From positions 1,240,001 to 1,304,000 of the forward strand of contig CM102284.1 of the NCBI GenBank assembly GCA_046563655.1: DNA of 64,000 bases. The letters are read 5' to 3'. The translations under genes and the position numbers were made by a program. The notes under the pieces are model-generated. The model worked only from the letters and a program-made list of their open reading frames with translations. It was not told the origin of the DNA and made no database searches. This document shows, piece after piece, positions 26,040 through 39,409 of the stretch. The stretch is from Yuukianura sp. NJ FZ-2021. Its lineage: Eukaryota. The first letter of the stretch is position 1. Every line of letters begins with the position of its first letter.

Positions 26040-27350
26040 ATGATACTTGCCTTTTTTTGGTTTTTGGTGAGTCAATACTCAAACTCAAGTACACCGTACA
26101 CCTCTAATCGTTATCATTATCTTAGAAATGCGTCATTAATTACATGTCATGGGGAGGACGCAACAGAATGAGAAGTGAGATTCGTTAACATGTTGGAGCT
26201 GTTGCTCATGTGAAGTTCAAGTAGCGTCACTATTGTTGTTTTATTTATAATTTCAGATTGTGAACAGTGAAGAAACAATAAATTACTTGGATTTGGATTG
26301 CAACCTCAACTGTGGGTGTGAGTCAATTTTTTGCAGCTGATAACTTCAATTCAGTGGATCTTTGCACGTAAACGGTAGTGGTATGTCTGGAATCAAACAG
26401 AATTTACTCAATGATTGACGGAATAAATAATCCACTAACATTTCGTTTTTAGGATATTCAAGATATGGGACAGGGAGATCATTCCAAGGTTTACCACCCG
26501 ACACTGCAAATTCCGGATCCCGTCGTGGCGTTTTACCAATTCCAATCCAAGGGATTTTACGTCAAGTTCCAACATGAAGTATACGCAGTAATATATGGAT
26601 CACGACAAGTTGAACTTCCGGAAGGATACTGGAATTACGTCCGCTACTTACTCGACGCCATGAGAAGTCAGCACACCACCATCCAGGAAAATCTACTGAA
26701 GTTTTCGCCAGAACATGAACGTCCAGAAATCGAACAGCAACTGTCACACTTATCCGAACGGATTCAACAACTTCACAGTTCCTTTGAACGTCTTCTGAAC
26801 GAATCCCCTGGTGGCCAAGCACGAGCCGAATTGGTGTCACAAGGGCTGTCTGCCTGTGAATACATTTTGCACGGATTTGCAGACAGACAAGGCCTGTTTT
26901 TCACCAAAGCATTTCAAACAGCCTTACTTTTTCTAGCCTTTTACGGAGTTTACCGCAGTTTTTCAAAGTTGTTCGGCACTGATGATTCAAGTCGTCAGAG
27001 GAAAGAAATGGAGTGCCTTGATGACACTCTCAACCTATACAAAACTGCTTGCATCCAAGAACGCCTGGACAACATTAAATTACTGCGGACAAAAACTGAA
27101 GCCTAGTAAGATTCAATTCTTTTTTAACACAGTGCCTAGAAGTTAATTTCGTGTCTTCTGTTTTCATTTAGCAACGTACATTCCTACTCATACGAGGCAC
27201 AGTTTCGGAAAGACGTTTCCTTTGGAGGAGTGGTGAATGACTACTTTGACAAAAGAGCTCAAACGGACATTTCGTTTCGTTCTTTTGAACTAAACGACCC
27301 GAGTGAAGCTGATAAGATTCTGGAAGATTACAAAAACGAAGTCAAGATGC
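26040..27350 (+). CDS. Multi-exon orphan protein; core exons 26453-27105 and 27171-about 27351; terminal exons uncertain
   Basis: A 213-aa ORF is preceded by a TTTTAG acceptor. Its 'stop' overlaps a TA|GTAAG donor that joins in frame to an open exon from 27171. Candidate first exon 26040-26066 (MILAFFWFL|GTGAGT). Confidence 0.6.
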
Positions 27351-27786
27351 AGTACGATTTATTTTTCTGTTTTGAAGAACAGCAAAACGATTGAATTTCG
27401 AATTTGTAGTATGAGGACCTCAGAAGTGTTTTGACTCTGCCTAGTCGAAATATCTTTATGAAAAAAAAATAATTAGCCCACAAGAAACAATCGACTTTTG
27501 TTTCGCATAATTAGCTCACTGAAATCAAAGCTATAAAAAGAAAAATTCGCTTGTAAATTGGGAATGTTCATGTTTATGTTTAAACATGATTCTAGGAATC
27601 CAAGTCGTCTATTTTCATCGACTTTTAGCGAAATCCATCGATCAAATGATTACGTACTACTTTTCAAGGGAAAATTATGAAGTAAGCAGTCGTCTTTTGT
27701 TTTTGTTCAGTCAATCATCATCTGCATTGAAACCTGAGTTTCCTTGAAAATACTTCCGAAAAATTATAATTCTGAGTAATAACTTA

Positions 27787-29826
27787 CAGAGTGATTTTAA
27801 AGATCCAGACATAAAAACCCACTCCAAAACCTCTTTTCATCTCCACCTCTCCAGTCAACTCCCCTTCATCCCGCGCAAACTCGTTCCCTCCGAAAGTTTA
27901 TTTCGGTTAAGAAATTAGCGCGGCAAGAAAGCCAACCGATGCTTTTTCTTTGATTATACTTAATAAGTCACAGCAATTGGTTTACTCTCTCATTGTTCAA
28001 GTTAAATATAAAGTTAAAGTTAAATATTGTTAAATTAGTAATTCCCTAAAGTTAAAGAGTCATCCGGAGTTGAACGGACGCACAGCACTTCACGTAAGGT
28101 AAGTGATCAGTTATTATTGTGAAAATCTTTTCATTCAGTGATTTAGGGAAGTGTCATGAGGGGACTTCTGTTGTCGAAAAGTGAAATCGTTGTTTTAATG
28201 CTTGACATTTTTTGCTTTTTAGTTGAACCATGACTGTCCGTTACTCAGAAGCTCAACGCCTTTTCATCATAAATCTGCGACTTGAACATAAAGATGAAAA
28301 TAGTACACAGCTTATGCTAAAGTACAATTCGGATCCGATCTCTCATAACCGACCCATGCTCCATCCAAAAGATGTCAACATCATTCTAAAGAGATTCTCG
28401 GAACTGGGGAACACAAAGGATCGTCCAAAATCGGGTAGACCAAAGACAGCAACTGACGAAAATTCGGCGATTGGAATTCTTGGTGCTTTTGCGGCGGATC
28501 CGCACATTAGCACACGACAGATTGCCCGGGATATGGGGGTTTCTCAGACGTCGGTGCTAAAGGTCAAAAATGAAAACGGTTGGAAATCATACAAAGGACG
28601 GGTACAGCAAGTTCTGAAACCTCCTGACGGCCCAGAAAGGGCGTGGTTTGCTCGTATTTGGCTTCCAGTTTTAAATGGAATTCCTGACTACGGAAAAAAT
28701 ATTGTGTTTACGGATGAAGCAGTGATAAAGTTGGACGGAACTGTAAACCGACAAAATTACCGATATTGTTCCGATACGAACCCTCACTGGAATCTGCCAG
28801 GTATGATTTAAAAACTTATGAACGACTTTGACAGAGAGTTGTGGTTTGCCTCAAATTCCCCCTCATGCCGCATTCTGGATTTTTAAAAATATGGTGGGGT
28901 ATTAGTGACTAGAATTTTTTTCCTCAAAATTTTTTTTCTTTTCTGTTTTTAGTCAAAACGCAATCAGCAGCAAAAGTAAATATCTGGGTCGGGCTATTTG
29001 GAGATGAAGTTATCGGCCCATTTTACTTCAATGGAAATATGACCGGCCAAATCTACCTCAACATGCTACAGGGTCAAATTGTTCCCGCGATTCTACAATC
29101 CGCAACTAGACAGCAAATCCCGCACGCGGATATTATTTATCAACACGACGGGGCTGGACCTCACTTCGCACGGATCGTAAGAAATTTTCTTGACCAAGTG
29201 TTTCCCAATCGTTGGGTGGGACGGGGTGGACCTTATCATTGGCCGGCGCGGAGTCCTGATTTTTCGCCACTTGATTACTTCGCCTTTGGCCACATGAGGT
29301 CCCGTATTTTCCTGCCACCAAGACCTGTAACTGCGCAAGACCTAATGGCACGAATCGATGATTTCTTTCGTAACGATGTCACTCCAGAAATATTGAGAAA
29401 TGTAAGAGAAGGATTTCGTACGCGGTTACAAATGTGCCTCCAAAACCATGGAATGCATTTTGAACACTTAAAATGATGGTCTAACTACCCCTCCATAATA
29501 TTTTTTTGCCACATTTTGTTGACATGAACATGTTGAGTCACTAATCATACTTCTGATTACTAATCACTAATTAATTACAAATGTTTCAAATTATTCTATT
29601 TTAAGCTAATAAATTCAAGCTTATGTCACTTTTCAACTCTAATTAATAGTTAGTGTTCAAAATTTTGATTTTTAAGTGTTTTGGTACAACACGAAGTGGC
29701 GCATTATTAGGATGTAGAAAACTTTCCGAACGGAGGAGGGATCCGCAGGGGGAGTTGATTGGGGAGGTGGAGATGAAAAGAGGTTTTGGAGGGGGTTTTT
29801 ATGTCTGGATCTTTAAAATCACTCTG
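27787..29826 (+). mobile_element. Full-length Tc1/mariner-superfamily transposon, DD41D (rosa/Visitor-type), 2040 bp
   Basis: About 78-bp TIRs starting CAGAGTGATTTTAAAGATCCAGAC with about 3 mismatches; TA duplications at 27785-27786 and 29827-29828; internal transposase gene. Confidence 0.95.
28230..29476 (+). CDS. DD41D transposase; exons 28230-28800, 28953-29476; 364 aa
   Basis: SGRP motif plus HTH, FTDEA, VNIWVG...IGPFYF, QHDGAGPH and WPARSPDFSPLD, with 41 residues between the 2nd and 3rd Asp. A CAG|GTATGA...TTTTAG intron joins the two ORFs in frame. Confidence 0.92.
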
Positions 29827-30803
29827 TACATGTAATCACCCTTATTTACAAGTACGTAATTGCAAAATTGTAACTTACAAATCTGTAACTCGTACTAAAT
29901 AGTTAAACTATACTGTAGAGCCTTTCTACGTATGTTTTGTTACTTTTGTGTGGCAGGTTTTACAAATTTTCAAGAGACTTTTAATCGGTATGTCAATTTT
30001 TACAAGCTGTTTCGATTTTCTTCAATTCCTGTTTTGCAGTTTTTTTTTTTTTTTAAAGTTTCAAGGTTTCAATTAAATTAAATTAAAACCAAAAATTCAA
30101 TTAAATTTCAATTAAATAAAACTTAAGAACAACAGAAGGCTTTTTTCTGAAGATTTTTTTTACAATTAATTAAGAAAAACAAATTTAGGTGGTGCTATAA
30201 ACCTGATATAATACTTGCTGGGTTTAGAGTTTTTGAAAAGAGAAAAAAAATTTTTTTTGTTTTGATAAAAGTTGATCGTGTTCGTTAAGATTAACAATTT
30301 TAATTAAAGCTTAAAATTTAAGCAAACCCGTTTTGAAACTGGAATTTGAAGCATACTACATGGAACAAATCTGGAACTTCTACTTTTAATTGGAGAACAT
30401 TTTTGTTGTGCTACTCTCGTAATTGTTGCTTAATTGGTTGATTTTCAAGGAAATTCTAATTTTAGCTTTTCCTTTGTATAAATTTCTTTGCATTTTAAGA
30501 GTTTCGGACCAGTCAGCAAAAACAAATTTTACAAATAGTTGGCAGTGTTGATTTAAACTTAAGAACAACTTCATAAACAACGTTGCACATTTTGAAACTC
30601 TTCTACTTCACTTTACTTTACTCTGTTTAGGTAATCAAACGCTTTAAAAACAACTTCATACAACAGTTACATATATTTAGTATGTATAATATATGTGGTA
30701 TAATTAGATAATAAAATACAATAATATAATATATAATAAATAATAGTATTTATTGCATACTTTATATCTTACATGCACCCACTGTTATATCATTGCTTCC
30801 ACA

Positions 30804-32268
30804 ATGGCTGACTTCCGAGACATGTCCATTCCCTTCACAGAAAAGGAAATTGAACAAGTTTTGGGAAATATTCGAAAATTGCCGACTTATGACTGCATCA
30901 CGGACTCCGTTGGATACCAAGTTTTTGATCAAGTGTCTCTTTTGATGCGCGAAAAACGAACGCAAGAGCAAACTGACGCATATCGAGACTACTTCATTAA
31001 ACATCATAACGGACGCCTTCAAGTTGCCCAATTTCGAGAGCTCATGCGTGGCATCCATTCGGCAGCACCTCATGCCCGTAATTTTGCCAAGATGATGGAC
31101 CTTAATGGCGATGGAATCATTAGCAGCGAAGAATTTGCAGAAGTCTATGGACTCATGAGTACACAGTTTCCAGAGATCGCTGGAAAATCTTATGCCGATT
31201 TCCTGGAAGAAGCAGACACTAACAAAGATGGACAAGTTGACATCGATGAAATGGTCGCCTGGATTGCAAAAATTACAAAACCTAAGTTAGACGTGCTTAA
31301 AAATTTTGTGTTTGTGATGTACTACACAGAGCAACCTAACCTAAAAAAAAACAGAGTTTTTCGACTGAGCGATCGGCAAAAAAAAAGTTTTTGTAAAACT
31401 CTCACAATACCCCAACGCTATTAGAAATTGTTTGAAATACAGGCAAGCAACAAAGTTTAAAATATTTCAAATTATTTTAAGAAATGACGTTCAGAGAAAG
31501 CTGAAATTTTTTAGCTTTCTTCTTAATTCATTTCTGTGAATTAATTTTAAATATTTTACTCTTTTTAGTTAAATTGTCATTTGCAATTGTTCGTACAATT
31601 TTGAATTTTCTTGGGGCAACGTGAGATTTGTTGAAAAACATTTGTTTTTTTTTGCTGATCGACCAGTAGAAAACTCAAAGTATTTTTTTTTGAGGTTAGG
31701 TTGCAAGGAGTAGTACGTACATAAAATAAGAAAATAATAATATATGAAAATTTTATATAAATATATTTTTAGAAACTCTGTCCTAGCAGAGGGCTACCGT
31801 GACATGTCCATTCCCTTCACCGAAAAGGAAATTGAACAAGTTTTGGGAAACATGAGGAAATTGCCTACTTATGACCGATTCACGGACTCCATTGGCTACC
31901 AAGTTTTGGATCAATTGGCTCTTCTTATGCGCGAAGAACGAACGCCTGAGCAAATTGTTGCATACCAAAACTACTTTATTAAACATCATAACGGACGCCT
32001 TCAGATTGCCCAATTTCGAGAGCTCATGCGTGGCCTCCATTCGACAGCACTTCATGCCCGTAATTTTGCCAAGATGATGGACCTCAATGGCGATGGAATC
32101 ATTAGCAACGCAGAGTTTGTAGAGGTTTATGGACTCATGAGTGTACAGTTTCCAGAAATTGCTGGAAAAACTTATGCTGAATTTCTGAAAGAAGCAGACA
32201 CGAACAAAGACGGTCAAGTTGACATAGATGAAATGGTGGTCTGGATTGAACAAATTACGAAGAAATAA
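30804..32268 (+). CDS. EF-hand calcium-binding protein made of two tandem near-identical domains; exons 30804-31285, 31773-32268; about 325 aa (alternatively two genes)
   Basis: Each unit has the loops DLNGDGIISxxE and DTNKDGQVDIDE. The AA|GTTAGA donor and TTTTAG|A acceptor are phase compatible. Confidence 0.75.
31319..31716. mobile_element. MITE with about 70-bp imperfect TIRs in the EF-hand gene intron
   Basis: GTACTAC...GCAACCTAACCT...GATCGGCAAAAAAAAA versus TTTTTTTTGCTGATC...AGGTTAGGTTGC...GTAGTAC. Confidence 0.7.
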
Positions 32269-33126
32269 CAACAAAAAAGTGAGCTTAAGAAGCGAAACTT
32301 TTGTGTTTATAGAATTTGTCCAATAATAAAATCCAAGTCGTTGTATGTTATTTAGATGGAAATCGAATCACTTAATGCGAGCCACTAACTACTTACCCCA
32401 AGCAATACAGTTTAATTTTGGCATGCTAAGTTGTTTCCACTTTTGCAGTTACAACTTTGCAAGGTATGTTACTCAACCCGGTTTCTTATAAAAACATATG
32501 AGTGGCATTACGGAGGCATTCATTCCTTGAATTTAATCAGTCCGCAATTCCAGAAATCCACTCTAACTGTATTCACTAAAAGGTCAACTTAAAATTTAAG
32601 TTCTAAATACTAATCTAAATCTTGGTTAATAATTTGCCAATTTCTTGAAATTCCGAGAAATTGAATTTAGTTCACAAAAAATTTCAAAATAGGTTTTGTC
32701 TCAAAGTAGAACTAACTACAACCGTGACCATGATGAGGGTAAACTCGCGTCATTTGCCAATCGAACCGACGACATCGAAGCCTCAAATTTCTTCAAATCA
32801 AAACGACCAAATCCTCGGGATCCGAAAATCCAAAAATTTTGCAAAAAATTTCTGCACTCAATTTACTAAGGTGAAAAAAACAGGCGTTTCAGTTCAGCAG
32901 TCATCACAGTCGCCCTCACCAGCCGACAACTTTAGCATGGTTTACTTGTGGTAAAATAGTAATTTATCCTTTTCTGTAGTTTTTAAAATTTTTAAAATTT
33001 CAAAATTTAAAAAAAAAATTAATTTATGAACTTGTGGAAAAAAGAACTCAAATCTGTGTGTAAATGCACATTGAGTAATTCTGAATAAGTAAAATTACAA
33101 ATATTGCTAGCTGTTTAAAGTAGACG

Positions 33127-36100
33127 CTATGTCGTTGTGTATATTTTCTTCTTTCCTTGAACTCTGACATCAAATGGACCCAGATTGACCTCGATTGACC
33201 TCGGGTCAATTGGATACTCCAGCGTTGGTGGAGGGTTTCCATGGTCAAATGACCAAGGTTTTGTTGGAGTTGTTGGTCTCACCATTGGAATTGTAATTTC
33301 CGCTTCCAAAACTGTATTGGGAGGGGCTGAATTCAAAAATTAAGAACAATAAGGAATTTTACAAGCAATAAAGAATTTTACGAACAATAAATTAATTAGA
33401 CAATTTTTTTTTCAAACATCGTTTTCAAATTTTTTTTTGAAAAATTTCGTATTGTAGTATGTATTACCTGTTGAAGACAGTGTATCACTCTTTGGCGTTG
33501 ACTCTTGCTGTTGCTCTCCAGGAAATTGTGGCTGCGCAGTACTGAATTTTTTGGATTTTGGCGCAGGTTGATGCTGCTGCGTTGTTTGCGGTGCTTGCTT
33601 CAAAATGCTGAATGCTTCTGAGCCATCGTCCAACTTGAACGAAACTTTGCCAATGTTTATTGCCACTACTTGCTGAAATTTAGAATCAGAGGTAACGGCC
33701 TTGAGCACGAGGTCCCTCAGCCAATGGCCGGTTTCTGGGGTAAGGTCACCCGGAATTTCATGAAAGGTCATGACCTTTGGAGGGGGAGGTGGAGCTACCG
33801 GAGTCTGCTGTAATTCTGGATAAATATTTGGTGCGATGACAGTCGCGTATTGCTGCGATATGTGCTCGGGCAGTCTAAACTCCGGAAATATCGTGTCCGG
33901 GGTAACCCTTGTAGGTGTCATGGGTATATTTTCAGGGGGCAAGTATCTTGTGACAACCATAGGTACATTTTCCGGGTTCACAACCTGAGTTACCCCGATT
34001 TGTGAATTTTCAGGGTTCATGACGTGTGTTATCATCATTGGCAATTCTTCGGGAGTCATGACCCTGACCAAGGTCATTGGAATGTTTACCTCCGCGTCTC
34101 CAGAAACTGGTCCTTGATTAGCCATCATTGACCCAGAAGATGGTTCATGAGTAAAGGTCATTGACCCAGAAACTGGTTCATCACTAGATGCCGTTGACCC
34201 AGAGACTGGTTCAAGGTTAGTAATCGTTGACCCAGAAGCGGATTCGTGGTTCAATGCTATTGACCCAGAGGTGTGCTCATCAGTAGAGGTCGCTGGTGCA
34301 GACGCGGTTTCATTGATGAAGGTCATTGACCTAGGAGCGGGTTCTTCATATTCTGCCAAAGAAGTTGCTCCTGTTTCATTAACACTAGTGTATGCTATAA
34401 TACAGGGTTCGGGGTCATAGGTCGCGTTGGCTGGAAATTCGGTCAAGTTGACATTGACGGGGTAACATGGGTGCAGTGGCTCGTTTGGCGTGTAGCTGAC
34501 TTGGTAATGGTCGCGCTCAGTTGGATGCACCATGGAATCTGGGTTTACCCCATTTGGAATTTCAGTTGAATTTTTTTCAAAATTATTCGACTCCATCGTA
34601 AACCCCGTTGAAATTTGGGATTCCTGAAATATACTATAAATAGGACTTTCTCGAAAATTTTCAACTTCATCGTTTTTAGCGTGGGTTGTATTTTCTGAAA
34701 TTTCATTTTCCGGTGTCACTGACCCAGAAGTTGGTTCTTGAGTGGAGGTCAATGACCCTGAAGCGGGTTCCACGTATTTTTGCAAAGAAGCCGTTTCTGT
34801 TTCATTAACAATTGAGCATGATATAAAACCGGTTTCGGGGTCAAAGGTCATTTGGATTGCATATTGGGTCAAGTTGACATTGTCGGGGTGACATGGCGAC
34901 CGCGCTCGATTTTGCGTTAAACTGACTTGGTCATGGTTGCTATCAGGAAGATGTTTCACAGAATCCGGGCTGGGATGACTTAAATCTGGAATTTCAGTTG
35001 AACTTTTTTCAAAATTATTTGGCTCGATGGTAAGTCCCGGTGAAATTTTGGATGCTTGAAATGGACTATAAATTAGACTTTCTGGAAAATTTTCAACTTC
35101 AGCGCTGGTTACATTTTCTGAATTTTGCTTTTCCGGTGTCGGAGTAAACTGTTCTCCGCTCTCTGAAAATTCTGTTTCTTTTGTTTCGATTTTTTCTTGA
35201 GAATTTGAAATTTCTTCTGGAATGAAAATGTTTTCGTCTGAAAAGTTTTCAGATGAACTCATTTGCGACTGAAATGCTGAAATCAGTTCAGACAGATTCA
35301 AAAACGCTTCTACTTCTGCAAGAGATTTTCTTGGTGCCGGTATCCTCATACTTTCAAAAATATTTTCTTCTGGAATTTCGCTAGCGGCCACATTCGAGTC
35401 CAAAATTTCATGAATTTTGTCACTGGGGTCAAAAATTTGGGTGGATTTATTAGTTGATTCATGTCGCTGGATGAATTTTTCAAAATTTGAATCGGCAGTG
35501 CTTGGCGCCATTTCTTCCGTACTGTTTGATACTTGTTCAGCTTTTGGTTCTTCCAGTAAATGCGCAGTTTGTTGCATCAATGTCATCATAAACTTGGAAA
35601 TGTAGGGGTCATTGACCTTTCGCGTGTTGTCATGACTACTCGTGACCTCGGGAATGCTGGCGTGACTACTGGCAGCATTTTGTATGTCATCTTTAGTACT
35701 GCTGCTGGTGAGTTCTCGTATGTCGTCGTTTCTGACAGTTGTGACAAGGTCACACGGCTTGTCACCTTGTCCCTGGTTGCCAATTTGCTTGTCATGAGTC
35801 ATGCGCCGCGAAGTCAAAATTTTCAAAATGTTTTTGTTGTAGGCTTTCATCGGTGGTTTTGTTGTTGGTGCGATTGTGGTAGTTTTTGACGGCACCAAAG
35901 GTTGACTTACGTCAAAACTCAACTTTTGCGTCTGCGTCAAACCATTTACATTTCCATGATCAACAAGAGCCGCCGGCACTGAACCTGAATTCACACAATG
36001 CATTTTCAAATAGTACAAAAAGCAAAAGATAATTTCTACAAATATTAAAAAAAATTAGGTAAAAGCACAAAACAAAAATTTTCACAAAAGCTTTTTCAAG

Positions 36101-36473
36101 TAAAAAATTTGGGAACAGGAAAATCAAAACTCTCACGACAAAACCGGTACGAAAATTTACAAAAAAAAAGCTAATTTTGGAATCGAAATTTCCAAAATAT
36201 CGAATGAATGAAAAGGCCTTGAAACTTACCATAATTCTGATTAGTCATGCGCAGGAGTTCACCGTGTGCTACGTTGGTATGAATAAGTTCATGTGGAATT
36301 GGGTACAACAAGGTTCCGGGCGGCGCATTCCAATTTCCTAGAAGCAGTGGCCTCATAAAATACAAGGAAGCAGCACTCACATCACCACTACTGCACATTA
36401 ACACAACAATTATGAAAATTAAACTGCCAAAATTTGAACTACCATGCAACCTCAGTCCAACCTGGAACTCCAT
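33127..36473 (-). CDS. Large secreted Ser/Thr/Pro/Glu-rich (mucin-like) repeat protein; exons 36473-36230, 35984-33468, 33326-33127; about 986 aa
   Basis: Hydrophobic signal (LIFIIVVLMCSSGDVSA), two in-frame phase-1 introns, an internal duplication of about 140 aa, 11-aa EPxSGSxT repeats and 12-aa PMxxTxVxxPEN repeats. Confidence 0.8.
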
Positions 36474-37012
36474 TTTTCAAATTTCGTAATTTTGGCCTAA
36501 AAAATGGTTCCCAATAATCACACACCACTTATTTTGTGCATCATTTTTGGTACTACTTTCGTGTACGAAAACTAAATGGAAGAAGTTACTACATTAACAT
36601 GCAACACTTAAAAAAACACTTTCTTTTCTCTGATACAAACCAAACTGGTTTTTGAAAAAAAAATCAACTTTTCGAAACTCTATCTTTCATGTTTCAGTTT
36701 TTACTCTGCAGCATTCATACGCATGAGCAGAATCATCTGTTATGGGTTGCACTAAATATGACAAATTAATTTATGACATATTTCGAAAGGAAAGTACATG
36801 AAAAAATTGTTTTTCATTTTTGATTTCACTCACGTAACAATCTGTGCCAAGAAACAAATGAAGAAAGAGTTGTCTGGGTCATACGTGAGCAAAAAAAAAA
36901 AAAATTGGGCGTGGGAAAATTTGAATTGGGCTGTATAAATTAGCTTCATTATTATTTACATTGGATTAATTAATTCAAAGTTGGCTAATTAGGAATCAAC
37001 AGATCTTTAACT

Positions 37013-37150
37013 CTTGTACGAAACCAAAAGGTTCCCTATGCTTATACATACGATTTAATGGTTCTGAGAACCTTTTACTTTTGTACGGAACCAAAAGGTT
37101 CCCCTTGCAAGTATGATTTCATACATGGGAATAACTGGGTTCTGGGAAAT
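37013..37150. repeat. Two-copy tandem repeat, about 68-bp unit
   Basis: TTGTACG(A/G)AACCAAAAGGTTCCC...GGTTCTG occurs twice in tandem. Confidence 0.55.
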
Positions 37151-37432
37151 TCTTAATTGGTTGAAAAATGTTGAATAATGCAAATACGGGAAATCATTAA
37201 GGAAATTTTCTTTTTGTGCAACTTTACAACTTCAAAGTGTGTGAAACTTTAAAATAATTTTCAGGGATGAGTCAAGTTTAAGGTCGAATTATTTTTTAGC
37301 TAACGAGAATATAACTAGGACGGTACTAAACTTACTGGGTCTTAGTTTCAAGATTTTAGCACTTCTGGTCAGGTACTACATTTCCCGTGCCAAATTTTTC
37401 ATTTTTTGAAAAATCTTACCTTATTTTTGAAA

Positions 37433-37844
37433 ATGAACACCATGGTAAGTATACCACACAAACTAATTTCCTAGTTTTGGGAAAAATTTTGAAAAAAAAA
37501 ACAAGAAATTTCTTGTTTTCATGGAGGCTAGAGATTTTTTGAAACTCGAAAGTCTAAAATTCTTGAATGTTTTGCAGCATATTTTTGTGTTTGTGACCTT
37601 GGCGTGTGCTGTCGTGCTCATGACGGAAGCCGCTCCAACGTCCCACGATTCCCACGATTCGTCTACCGCCGAAGCTACTTCCACAATTGGTTCTACTGAT
37701 AGCAGCACGACTGACGATTCCTCGGTATCCACGACTACCGAGATTACCGAGTGTCTAGAAAATCATGAAGAGTCTGATATTTCCGGAAAAGAGGCGGGAT
37801 CCGATGAGACTAAATGTGTAACTCCTACTGCAGCAACAAACTAA
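37433..37844 (+). CDS. Small secreted Ser/Thr/acidic protein; exons 37433-37444, 37578-37844; 92 aa
   Basis: MNTM|GTAAGT...TTGCAG|HIFVFVTLACAVVLMTEA-AP forms a classic signal peptide; two Cys in the mature part. Confidence 0.75.
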
Positions 37845-38390
37845 GGATTCCAAATCTATCTTTAAAAAATTACTAAAACTTCTACACTTCATCTCTTTTG
37901 TGTCCTAAAAATTTCATTTAAAAAAAAATGTGTTTTCCTTTGCCTTAACTTAAATTATGACTGTAACAAATTATCAATTCAAAACATGTTTAACACCGCT
38001 TCAAAACTTTGAAATAAAAGTAAATTCAGAATCGAATTGACATAGCTTACTTAAATAACATCTGGAGGCGTTGGAATTGTAGCTTAATTCCACAAAGGAA
38101 CTTAACTTGCATACAAAACTGCAATTTCATCATTACCGTTGTATTTTGAAAACTTAGTTTTATGATGACTCAATGGCAGTTCAAATATAAAATTTTGAAA
38201 AAATTTTACAAAAAATGTTGAAATCGTGAAAAAATATTTCCAGGGGTTTTTCGTACAACATGTACAACAGGAATCAATCGAAATTTTTTTATGAGTCTAC
38301 TAACCTCAAGCATAAAATTAAAAAAAAAATATGCAAGATTAACGTGTGGTTGGAGGAATTCGTTAGATACGATTTTCTGTAGGGCTTTTC

Positions 38391-38694
38391 GTGCACTTCC
38401 TGCGTGATTGGTACGACGCTCAGAAAACTACGACCACACTTTCCGTAGTAGCAGACTCTGCTAACTAACGCAGCAGACACCTTTTCCACGAAAACTTAAC
38501 CTTTCCTCCAGAAATCTAAGGATTTCTGGAAGATATTTGAGAAATCATGGAATTTTGCCTTACTTTGCCTCCTACGGCAAAGCATCTGAAAATTCGTAAA
38601 AAAACTGCCTGCTGCATTGATTAGCAGCGTTAGCTAATGCGAAAAGTGTGGTCGTAGTTTTCTGAGCGTCATACCAATCACGCAGGAAGTGCAC
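38391..38694. mobile_element. MITE-like inverted repeat (about 55 bp near-perfect, about 90 bp imperfect arms)
   Basis: GTGCACTTCCTGCGTGATTGGTA(C/T)GACGCTCAGAAAACTACGACCACACTTT and its reverse complement ending at 38694. Confidence 0.75.
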
Positions 38695-39409
38695 TAGAAG
38701 ACTGGGTCAAAGTTCATGATTTTGTTGTTTACAGTTTACTGTTTACAGACTGCGCAACTGTAAGCTGGGGCGAACTGAGAATCAAGTGGGAATTTTGATA
38801 TTGAAAATTCAAAAGGAGGCAGTTTCGTTCTTTGTTCTTTTATTCATTCTCTCGTCAGTCAGTTGTCAGCTAGACAGCGATTGGCGAGTTATCATGATGG
38901 GTTGTGCAAAATTTCAGTCGTAAAGAATACATCCGTTCGGGTTTTGCATGATTACGTGGTGTGTAAATTCTAAATTCTCAGTCGTTGCCATGTCTACAAA
39001 ACGTTTTTTGGCGTTATTTTTTATTGACCTCCAGTCTCTCCTTAAGGCAAATCGACTCGAAAGTAATTTATAAAAATTTTCACTTTCCACAACCTCACAA
39101 TTTAGTTCATTATCAATTCTATACATTTTGAACTACTTGTGACTGTATCACGGATCGATAACATGCTTTTTTTTTTGTCACGAGCAAGTCTACTAATTCT
39201 AATTTTGATTGATTACAAAGAAGATTGATTGATAACGCCCAATTTTTTAAACTAATGTTTCACAAGTATAATCTTTGAAGTGTTTTTTTTCTGCTGTGAC
39301 TTCAATTTTATAATTCAAAACTGAATTTTAACGCTTTAGTTACAAAGTAGGCTTCAAAATTAATGCAACTTTAACTTTGAATTCGTTGCAATCAGAAATA
39401 ACTTTAAAA

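Noticed and set aside
31286..31424. C-terminal extension of the 30753-31424 ORF
   Set aside because: It reads through a donor site into intron and MITE sequence.
32376..32954. Possible small two-exon gene (donor near 32463, acceptor near 32692)
   Set aside because: The splice phases can be matched, but the product has no recognisable features; support is insufficient.
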